Assembly: GCA_003141555.1 (NCBI GenBank)
Contig: PLMN01000012.1
Coordinates: forward strand, 139,487 to 203,486
Direction: 5' to 3'
DNA: 64,000 nucleotides
Source of the DNA: Candidatus Aminicenantes bacterium
GTDB taxonomy: Bacteria; Acidobacteriota; Aminicenantia; Aminicenantales; UBA4085
The notes beneath the pieces are model-generated. The model was not told the origin of the DNA, did not search any database, and was given only the letters and a program-made list of their open reading frames with translations. Positions within the stretch are counted from its first letter, which is position 1. Every line of letters starts with the position of its first letter. The position numbers and the translations under genes were made by a program. Of this stretch, positions 42,858 through 50,760 are shown in pieces.

Positions 42858-44585
42858 ATGAATATCCCCGGATGGATCCAACTGGTTCTCTTCCTCGGCG
42901 TCCTCTGCCTGCTGACCAAGCCGGTCGGCCTGCTCCTCAGCCGGGTCCTGGATCCCGAGGGCCGGACGCCGTTCGATCCCGTGCTCAAGCCCATCGAACG
43001 GCTCCTGTATCGTCTCCTCGGCGTCGATCCCAAAGCGGAACAGACCTGGAAACAATACGCCTTTTCGCTCTTCGCCTTCAGCCTGGTCGGCTTGCTGTTC
43101 ACCTATGCCGTTCTCCGCCTTCAACACATCCTGCCCTTGAACCCCCAGAAGCTCGGGCCGGTCCCGCCCGACCTGGCCTTCAACACGGCCGTCAGCTTCT
43201 CGACCAACACCAACTGGCAGAACTATGCGGGCGAGAGCACGCTCTCCTATTTTTCGCAGATGGTGGGGCTCGCTTTCCATAATTTCGCTTCGGCGGCCGC
43301 GGGCATCGCCGTGGCGGCGGCCCTCGTCCGCGGCATCGCCCGGCGTTCGGCAAAAACGCTCGGCTCCTTCTGGGCGGATCTCGTCCGGGTGAACCTCTAC
43401 CTCCTCCTCCCGATCTGCCTCGTCCTATCGCTCGTCCTGGTGTCGCAGGGCGTCATCCAGAATTTCCAGCCCGCCCGCCAGGCGGCCCTGATCGAGCCGG
43501 CCGGGACTGTCGCGACGCAGACGATCCCCCAGGGCCCGGCCGCCTCGCAGATCGCGATCAAGATGCTGGGCACGAACGGGGGCGGGTTCTTCAACGCCAA
43601 TGCCGCCCATCCCTATGAAAACCCGACGCCGTTCTCGAATTTCCTCCAGATGCTGGCCATCTTCCTCATCCCGGCCGGCCTGACCTATTACCTGGGGACG
43701 AGCGTCAAGAACCGAAGGCACGGCTGGGCGGTCTGGACGGCGATGGCCGTCCTGTTCCTGGCCGGGGTTTTCGTCTGCTGGCGGGCTGAAAGCGTCGGCA
43801 ATCCCCGCCTGACGGCTCTTGGCCTGGATTCGGCCGGCGGCAATATGGAAGGCAAGGAAGTCCGGTTCGGCATTTTCAATTCGAGCCTCTTCGCCACGGT
43901 CACGACCGACGCTTCCTGCGGCGCGGTCAACGCCATGCACGACTCGTTCACGCCCCTCGGCGGATTGGTCCCCCTGTTCAACATGCAGCTCGGCGAGGTG
44001 GTATTCGGGGGGGTGGGCGCGGGATTGTATGGGATTCTCGTCTTCGTCGTCCTGGCGGTGTTCCTGACCGGCCTGATGGTCGGGCGGACGCCGGAATACC
44101 TGGGCAAGAAGATCGAGGGTTATGACGTGAAAGTCGCCGTCCTGACCCTGCTCATCCTGATCTTCAGCATCCTCGGCTTCGCCGCTTGGGGCGCGGTCAG
44201 CCGGCCGGGGTTGGCCGGCCTTGGGAATAAAGGCCCCCACGGTCTGAGTGAGATCCTCTATGCATTCTCCTCGGCGACCGGCAACAACGGCAGCGCCTTC
44301 GGCGGATTGAGCGGGAACTCGCCCTGGTACAATGTGACCTTGGGACTGGCCATGTTCTTAGGCCGGTTTTTCATGATCGTTCCGGTCCTGGCCTTGGCCG
44401 GCAGCCTCGGCCGGAAAAAGCTCCTCCCTCCGAGTGAAGCGAGCTTTCCGGTGGGCGGGACGATGTTCATCATCATCCTGATCGGCACGATCGTCATCGT
44501 CGGGGCGCTGACCTACCTTCCCGCTCTGGCCCTCGGCCCGATCGTCGAGCATTTCACGATGTCCGGGTCGGCTCTCGTCTATTAG
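42858..44585 (+). CDS. kdpA: Potassium-transporting ATPase subunit KdpA
   Basis: KdpA N-terminus (WIQLVLFLGVL...) with a multi-TM K+ channel-like fold. 575 aa. Confidence 0.9.
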   Translation: MNIPGWIQLVLFLGVLCLLTKPVGLLLSRVLDPEGRTPFDPVLKPIERLLYRLLGVDPKAEQTWKQYAFSLFAFSLVGLLFTYAVLRLQHILPLNPQKLGPVPPDLAFNTAVSFSTNTNWQNYAGESTLSYFSQMVGLAFHNFASAAAGIAVAAALVRGIARRSAKTLGSFWADLVRVNLYLLLPICLVLSLVLVSQGVIQNFQPARQAALIEPAGTVATQTIPQGPAASQIAIKMLGTNGGGFFNANAAHPYENPTPFSNFLQMLAIFLIPAGLTYYLGTSVKNRRHGWAVWTAMAVLFLAGVFVCWRAESVGNPRLTALGLDSAGGNMEGKEVRFGIFNSSLFATVTTDASCGAVNAMHDSFTPLGGLVPLFNMQLGEVVFGGVGAGLYGILVFVVLAVFLTGLMVGRTPEYLGKKIEGYDVKVAVLTLLILIFSILGFAAWGAVSRPGLAGLGNKGPHGLSEILYAFSSATGNNGSAFGGLSGNSPWYNVTLGLAMFLGRFFMIVPVLALAGSLGRKKLLPPSEASFPVGGTMFIIILIGTIVIVGALTYLPALALGPIVEHFTMSGSALVY

Positions 44586-44594
44586 GGGACGAAT

Positions 44595-46616
44595 ATGATC
44601 GCCAAAACTCATTCGCTGTTCGATCGCCGGATCATCGGCCCGGCCGTGATCGATTCCTTCCGGAAGCTGAATCCGGTCTTTCTCCTCAAGAATCCGGTCA
44701 TCTTCGTGACCGAAGTCGGCGCGGCCCTCTGCACCCTGGCCGTGGCGTTCCGCGGGGCCGGCGAAGCGCCGGGATTCATCTTCCAGATCGCCCTCTGGCT
44801 CTGGTTCACCGTGCTCTTCGCCAATTTCGCCGAAGCCATGGCCGAGGGCCGGGGCAAGGCCCAGGCCGACGAGCTCCGCAAGGCTCGGACGCGGACCCAG
44901 GCCAGTTTGCTCCAGGCCGACGGTTCGGTCCGCATCGTCGCCGCGGAGGAGCTGCGAAAGGGCGACTTCATCGTCGTCGTCGCCCGGGAAGTCATTCCCG
45001 CGGACGGCGAAATTGTCGAAGGTGCGGCTACGGTGGATGAATCGGCCATCACCGGGGAGTCCGCCCCTGTCATCCGGGAAGCGGGCGGCGACCGGAGCGC
45101 CGTGACCGGCGGCACCCGGGTGCTGTCCGATCGGATCAAGGTCCGGGTCACGGCCAACCCCGGCGAGAGTTTCCTTGATCGGATGATCGGGCTGGTCGAG
45201 GGCGCCCACCGCCAGAGAACGCCGAACGAAATCGCCCTGACCATCCTGCTCGCGGCGCTCACGATCATCTTTCTGGTCGTGGTCATCAGTCTTCGGCCCT
45301 TCGGAACCTATTCGGGCGTGTCCTTGACCGTGACGGTTCTCGTGGCCCTCCTTGTCTGTCTCATTCCGACGACCATCGGCGGCCTGCTCAACGCCATCGG
45401 GATCGCGGGCATTGACCGGATGGTCCAGAAAAACGTCCTGGCCATGAGCGGCCGGGCCGTCGAGGCGGCCGGTGACGTCGACGTCCTTCTCCTGGATAAA
45501 ACCGGGACGATCACCCTGGGCGATCGCCAGGCATCGGCCTTCATCCCAGCGCCTGAGGTCACCGTCGAGGACCTGGCCAACGCGGCCCAGCTCGCCTCCC
45601 TGGCCGACGAGACGCCCGAGGGGCGGAGCATCGTCGTCCTGGCCAAAAAATACGGCTTCCGCGGCCGGACCATTTCCGAAATGCCCGGGGCCGTGTTCAT
45701 TCCCTTCTCGGCCCAGACGCGGATGAGCGGCCTGGATTTCGAGGGGCGCCGCATCCGCAAAGGCGCGGCCGTCGCCATCCAGGGATTCACCGGGAAGCCG
45801 ATCGCCGTTGAAGTCCAGGACGCGGTCAGCTACATCTCCCTTTCGGGCGGGACTCCGCTCCTCGTCGCGGACGGTTCGAATGTTCTAGGGGCCATCCATT
45901 TAAAAGACATCGTCAAGGGGGGCCTTCGCGACCGCTTCGAGCGATTCCGGGCCATGGGCATCAAGACGGTCATGATCACCGGGGACAACCGCCTGACCGC
46001 GGCCGCCATCGCCCGCGAGGCGGGCGTCGACGACTTCGTGGCCGAGGCCAAGCCCGAGGACAAGCTCACTTTGATCCGGCGGGAGCAGACGGCCGGCCAC
46101 CTCGTGGCCATGACCGGCGACGGGACGAACGACGCGCCGGCCCTTGCCCAGGCGGACGTCGGGATGGCCATGAACACCGGAACGCAAGCGGCCAAAGAGG
46201 CGGGCAACATGGTCGACCTCGACTCCAATCCCACCAAGCTGATCGAGGTCGTGGAGATCGGAAAACAAATGCTCATCACCCGCGGGGCACTGACGACGTT
46301 CAGCATCGCCAACGATGTGGCCAAGTATTTCGCCATCATCCCCGCCCTGCTGGTCGGCGTCTTCCCGGTCATCGCCCCGCTCAACATCATGGGCCTCCGT
46401 TCCCCGCAGAGCGCGATCCTGAGCGCGGTCATCTTCAATGCGCTCATCATCGTCGCCCTGATTCCCCTGGCCCTCCGTGGGGTGAAGTTCCGGCCTTTGG
46501 GGGCGGCCGCGCTTCTCCGGCGGAACCTCTTGATCTACGGCCTCGGCGGGCTCATCGCCCCCTTCCCGGGCATCAAGATCGTGGATATCATCGTGAACGC
46601 TCTCCATCTCGTGTGA
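44595..46616 (+). CDS. kdpB: Potassium-transporting P-type ATPase subunit KdpB
   Basis: DKTGTIT phosphorylation motif, [18 protein letters not shown] hinge and TGES motif. Confidence 0.9.
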   Translation: MIAKTHSLFDRRIIGPAVIDSFRKLNPVFLLKNPVIFVTEVGAALCTLAVAFRGAGEAPGFIFQIALWLWFTVLFANFAEAMAEGRGKAQADELRKARTRTQASLLQADGSVRIVAAEELRKGDFIVVVAREVIPADGEIVEGAATVDESAITGESAPVIREAGGDRSAVTGGTRVLSDRIKVRVTANPGESFLDRMIGLVEGAHRQRTPNEIALTILLAALTIIFLVVVISLRPFGTYSGVSLTVTVLVALLVCLIPTTIGGLLNAIGIAGIDRMVQKNVLAMSGRAVEAAGDVDVLLLDKTGTITLGDRQASAFIPAPEVTVEDLANAAQLASLADETPEGRSIVVLAKKYGFRGRTISEMPGAVFIPFSAQTRMSGLDFEGRRIRKGAAVAIQGFTGKPIAVEVQDAVSYISLSGGTPLLVADGSNVLGAIHLKDIVKGGLRDRFERFRAMGIKTVMITGDNRLTAAAIAREAGVDDFVAEAKPEDKLTLIRREQTAGHLVAMTGDGTNDAPALAQADVGMAMNTGTQAAKEAGNMVDLDSNPTKLIEVVEIGKQMLITRGALTTFSIANDVAKYFAIIPALLVGVFPVIAPLNIMGLRSPQSAILSAVIFNALIIVALIPLALRGVKFRPLGAAALLRRNLLIYGLGGLIAPFPGIKIVDIIVNALHLV

Positions 46617-46638
46617 GCGGGCGAAAGGCGGACGAACT

Positions 46639-47232
46639 ATGAAATCCTGGATTCGAGAGATTCGGACATCGCTCCGGGCAACGGCGGCCCTGGTGGTGCT
46701 TCTTTGCGGGCTTTATCCCCTGGCCGTCTGGGGGCCGGCCCAGATCCTCTTCCCGGCGAAGGCCAACGGCTCGCTTCTCGTTCGCGACGGAAAAGTCGTC
46801 GGCTCCGAGCTCATCGGCCAGGGATTCACGGGCGCGGGGTATTTCCATCCCCGTCCTTCGGCCGCGGGCGGTGGATACGACGCCCTGGCCTCGGGGGGCA
46901 GCAACCTGGGACCGTTGTCGAAAGACTTAATCGAAAGCGTCCGGGGGCGCGCGGCCGCCTATCGCGCCGAGAACGGTCTGGAGCCCGGCGCGGCGGTCCC
47001 GGCCGATGCCGTGACCGCTTCGGGCAGCGGACTCGACCCCCATATCTCGCTTCAAAACGCTGGCCTCCAGACTCCGCGCGTTGCCCGGGCCCGGGGCTTG
47101 ACCGAAGCCGCGGTCCGGGAGCTGATCGGATCATTGGCCGAAGGCCGCGACCTGGGGATCTTCGGCGAGGCGAGGGTGAATGTCTTGAAGCTCAATCTCA
47201 CCTTGGATGAAAAACGCGATGGCGGACGATAG
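46639..47232 (+). CDS. kdpC: Potassium-transporting ATPase subunit KdpC
   Basis: Single N-terminal TM. KdpC signature (GSGLDPHIS). 197 aa. Confidence 0.85.
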   Translation: MKSWIREIRTSLRATAALVVLLCGLYPLAVWGPAQILFPAKANGSLLVRDGKVVGSELIGQGFTGAGYFHPRPSAAGGGYDALASGGSNLGPLSKDLIESVRGRAAAYRAENGLEPGAAVPADAVTASGSGLDPHISLQNAGLQTPRVARARGLTEAAVRELIGSLAEGRDLGIFGEARVNVLKLNLTLDEKRDGGR

Positions 47233-48934
47233 GGCCAACGAGTTCCTGCAGCTGATCCGACAATCGCAGCGCGGACGTCTGAAGATCTATCTCGGCTACA
47301 GCGCCGGCGTGGGGAAGACCTACCAGATGCTCCAGGAGGGCCACCGCCTTAAGAGCGACGGCATCGATGTCGTGATCGGCCTGCTCGAGACGCATGGCCG
47401 GACGGCGATCGCCGAGCTGGCCAAGGGACTCGAAGTCGTACCGCGGCGCCGCCGGGATTATCGGGGGATCGCCGTCGAGGAAATGGACGTGGATGCCGTC
47501 CTAGCCCGAAAACCGCAGGTCGCCCTGATCGACGAGCTGGCCCACACCAACGCTCCCGGCAGCCGGAACCCGAAGCGCTATGAGGACGTGCTGGACGTGC
47601 TGGCCGCGGGAATCCACGTCATCACCACCTTGAACGTCCAGCACCTGGAAAGCCTTTACAACATCGTGGAGAATGCCGTCGGGGTCAAGGTGCGGGAACG
47701 GATCCCGGATTCGGTGCTGGTCGAGGCCGACCAGATCGTCGACGTGGATCTGGCGACCGAGGATCTCCGCAAGCGCCTGGAGGACGGCAAGATCTATCCG
47801 CAGGAGCGCATCGCGACCGCTTTGAGCAATTTTTTCATCCCTTCCAACCTCGAGAAGCTGCGAGAACTGACCTTGCGCGAGCTGGCCGCCCAGATCGATT
47901 TCCGCCGGAGGGAAGCCAAGAGCGAGGCGGGCGAGACCGAAGGGGACCAGGTGATGGTCTGCCTGAGCTCGCATGGCCCGAACAGCGAAAAGCTCCTCCG
48001 GTACGGTTCGCGTCTCGCCGGAAAGCTCAACCGCAACTGGTACGCGGTCTATGTCCAGACCCCTTCCGAAGAGGCCACGGTCATCGACGCGAAAGTCCAG
48101 CGCATGCTCTCGGATACGCTGACCTTGGCCAAACAGCTAGGCGCGCTCGTGTTCACCTACAAGGGGGAGAATATCGCGGATACGATCCTCCGCTTCGCCC
48201 GGGAATACCGCGTTGGCCACATCGTCGTCGGCAAGTCGGTCCCCAAGCCGGTTTGGAAGAGGATCGGCCGGAACAAGGCCGTCGTGGAGGACCTCATTGC
48301 TGAGGCGAGGGGGGTGACGGTGATCGTCGTCGATCCCTGCCCGGCCGTCGCGCCGGCCCTCGCCCGGCCCCGGCCGGAGGATGACCGGCGGGAAGAGGGG
48401 TTCGGGAAGGCGGACGCCGAAGGGCCGGAGGCAGCCCCCTCGGCGCCCATCGTGCGCGATCTGCTCAGCCCTTGGCTTTCCCCGCGGCGCATCGTCCTAT
48501 GGGGAGTCCCCGTCGCCAAAGAACAGGTCCTTCGGACGCTTGCCGAGACGGTCAAAAACGAAGACGGCGTTTCCGACCCGGAGAAGCTCTACGCGGACAT
48601 CCTGATCCGGGAGGAGCAGGGATCCACGTTCTTCAACGAGGGCGTCGCTTTCCCTCACGTCCGGGTCGAAGACCTGGCCGCTCCGGTCGTAGCCCTGGGA
48701 TTGACGCGCGGGGGCGTGGCGGATATCTCGACCGACAAGCCGATCGAGCTCGTCTTCCTCATCCTTTCTCCCGCCGGGAACCCTCCCCTTCAAGTGAAGC
48801 TGCTGGGGGCGGCGAGCCGGGCCGCCCAGAGCCGTCCTCTTCTTCAAGCCCTGCGCTCGGCGGAGACGCCCGACGAAGTCCTGCGGGCCATCGTGAACTG
48901 GGAAGCGTCGATTCCGCGCTCCCTGGGCGCGTAA
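47207..48934 (+). CDS. KdpD N-terminal sensor domain plus Usp domain fused to a PTS EIIA(Ntr)/PtsN-like domain, with no TM or histidine-kinase region
   Basis: The KdpD-N P-loop region reads LKIYLGYSAGVGKTYQM...ALIDELAHTN. The Usp domain reads VMVCLSSHGPNSEKL.... The C-terminal EGVAFPHVRVE...ELVFLILSPAGNPPLQVKLL... matches the PTS_EIIA_2 His-site pattern. Confidence 0.8.
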   Translation: MKNAMADDRANEFLQLIRQSQRGRLKIYLGYSAGVGKTYQMLQEGHRLKSDGIDVVIGLLETHGRTAIAELAKGLEVVPRRRRDYRGIAVEEMDVDAVLARKPQVALIDELAHTNAPGSRNPKRYEDVLDVLAAGIHVITTLNVQHLESLYNIVENAVGVKVRERIPDSVLVEADQIVDVDLATEDLRKRLEDGKIYPQERIATALSNFFIPSNLEKLRELTLRELAAQIDFRRREAKSEAGETEGDQVMVCLSSHGPNSEKLLRYGSRLAGKLNRNWYAVYVQTPSEEATVIDAKVQRMLSDTLTLAKQLGALVFTYKGENIADTILRFAREYRVGHIVVGKSVPKPVWKRIGRNKAVVEDLIAEARGVTVIVVDPCPAVAPALARPRPEDDRREEGFGKADAEGPEAAPSAPIVRDLLSPWLSPRRIVLWGVPVAKEQVLRTLAETVKNEDGVSDPEKLYADILIREEQGSTFFNEGVAFPHVRVEDLAAPVVALGLTRGGVADISTDKPIELVFLILSPAGNPPLQVKLLGAASRAAQSRPLLQALRSAETPDEVLRAIVNWEASIPRSLGA

Positions 48935-49005
48935 GTCGGGGGGAGCAATAAAGCAGATTTTCCGGCCTTAAAATTTCGTAAGATCAGCTCTGAAAGGGGA
49001 TGTCC

Positions 49006-49908
49006 ATGAAAAAACTTATTACCGCTTTCGCGGCCTCGGCGCTTTTCCTTGCTTCCGCAACGGTTTTCGCCCAAGCCTCTCCCGCCGATGAACCCAAATC
49101 GCCGTACACGTTTACCGGCAATATTTCCTTAGCCAGCCAATACATCTTCCGCGGACTCGCCCAGACCAACGGTTATCCCGCGCTCCAGGGAGGAATGGAT
49201 TTTTCCCATGCGAGCGGATTCTATGCCGGCATCTGGCTCTCCAACATTTCCTGGTTCACGGACCAGAACGCCAACATCAAGTCGGCCCCGGTTTCGCTCG
49301 CCTCGCCCGGCAGCGTCGGCGCCCCCTATGCGCCGAATCAAAGCAATGCGGCCAGCCTCGAGTGGGATTTCTACGCGGGTTTTAAGAACAGTTTTGCCGG
49401 CGGCAATTGGAACTATGACATAGGCATCATCCAGTACTACTACCCGGGCCGCTACGAAAACATCGGGGCCTACCGCAACCCAAACACGATCGAAATCTAC
49501 GGCTTGATCGGGTACAAATGGGTGTCCTTGAAGTATTCCAAAGGGATAAGCGCCACCACGTTTGGGGTTAACGATTCCAAGGGCGCCGATTATATTGACC
49601 TCTCCGCGACGATTCCCCTGGGCGAGAGTGGTTTCAACCTGTTGGCCCATGTCGGCAAATACAATTTTCCGGGCAAGGCCAATGTCGGATACTGGGGAAC
49701 CTCCGGCGGCAACAACGACTTCTTTGACTATACCGACTACAAGTTGGGGTTAACAAAAGAACTATGGGGCTGTGTCTTCGGATTCGCTTGGACGCATGCC
49801 AACACAAAGGACACCGCCCCAGATGGCCAGACGACCGCTTACTTGAACGCGTTTGGCAAGAACATCGGGGGCCATCGTGTCGGGCTGTCCGTCACAAAGA
49901 CCTTTTGA
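49006..49908 (+). CDS. TorF-family putative outer-membrane porin
   Basis: Signal peptide. Motif ...SQYIFRGLAQTNGYPALQGGMDFSHASGFYAGIWLSN is typical of the TIGR02001/TorF porin family. C-terminal F. Confidence 0.6.
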   Translation: MKKLITAFAASALFLASATVFAQASPADEPKSPYTFTGNISLASQYIFRGLAQTNGYPALQGGMDFSHASGFYAGIWLSNISWFTDQNANIKSAPVSLASPGSVGAPYAPNQSNAASLEWDFYAGFKNSFAGGNWNYDIGIIQYYYPGRYENIGAYRNPNTIEIYGLIGYKWVSLKYSKGISATTFGVNDSKGADYIDLSATIPLGESGFNLLAHVGKYNFPGKANVGYWGTSGGNNDFFDYTDYKLGLTKELWGCVFGFAWTHANTKDTAPDGQTTAYLNAFGKNIGGHRVGLSVTKTF

Positions 49909-50071
49909 TCTGGAGAATTCTCGAGAACTACCTCGAATGCGGCAGTCCATCCTGCGGGCTCGCCCGGCTCCGCCGTCGTCCGTAGATAGAAGGGCGAGCT
50001 GGAGGCTGGCCCTTGACTGGACTTTTCTCCCGATTCCGGCTAAATATGGACGAAGTTTCAAGGAGGACCCA

Positions 50072-50392
50072 ATGGCCGAACATCCCCTGAAGACGATGCA
50101 AAAACTCGATCCCGCGCTGATGAAGCACCTGGACGAATGCCAGGATCTGTTCTATGGCGAGGGGGCCCTGCCCAAAAAGGTCAAGCTCCTGATCGCCATG
50201 GCCTTCGACGCCGCCCACGGCGCCGATCGCGGCGTCCAGGCCCTGGCGCGGGCCGCGATGCGGGAAGGGGCGACGAAAGCGGAGATCGTCGAAACGATCC
50301 GGGTCGCCTATCACTTGACGGGCGTCGGGACGATCTACACGGCTTCGCTGGGCCTGCGGGAGCTTGTGGCCGAAACCACCCCCATCGTCTGA
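50072..50392 (+). CDS. Carboxymuconolactone decarboxylase (CMD/AhpD-like) family protein
   Basis: AhpD-like helical core (ALPKKVKLLIAMAFDAAHGADRGVQA). GGAGGA RBS. Confidence 0.7.
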   Translation: MAEHPLKTMQKLDPALMKHLDECQDLFYGEGALPKKVKLLIAMAFDAAHGADRGVQALARAAMREGATKAEIVETIRVAYHLTGVGTIYTASLGLRELVAETTPIV

Positions 50393-50581
50393 TCAGCCGT
50401 CGGCCTGCCGTTTGATGAAATCGACGACGGTCTCTTCCAGCGGCTTCAGGTCGATGATCTTGTTGATGACGTCGCGGTGAGTTTCGATCCTGTCGTCCCG
50501 GACCGTGGCCAGGACGCCTTTTGTCTTGCGGTCGATGACGTAGTAGACGTCGCCCAAGCGCAGGAACAGAAATCTCCTCAT
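50393..50581 (-). CDS. Small hypothetical protein (62 aa)
   Basis: Start MRRFLFLRLGD is preceded by GGGGAGG. An upstream TTGACA lies on the same strand. No family was recognised. Confidence 0.35.
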   Translation of the reverse strand: MRRFLFLRLGDVYYVIDRKTKGVLATVRDDRIETHRDVINKIIDLKPLEETVVDFIKRQADG

Positions 50582-50691
50582 CACCAACCTCCCCGCATTC
50601 ATGATGATCCGGCTTCCGGGCGAATGTCAAGAGATTTGCATCATGATGATCGCGCGCCGGGCTCGCTTTCATGGGCTTGGTTCCCGCCGCC

Positions 50692-50721
50692 TTGACACCC
50701 GTCGGCGGCAGGTCCTATAGT
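50692..50721 (+). promoter_or_regulatory. Sigma70 consensus promoter (TTGACA-N18-TATAGT)
   Basis: It lies 40 nt upstream of the ATG at 50761. Confidence 0.4.
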
Positions 50722-50760
50722 TCAAGAGCTTTGAGGTTGACGTTGCGAGGAGACATCACG

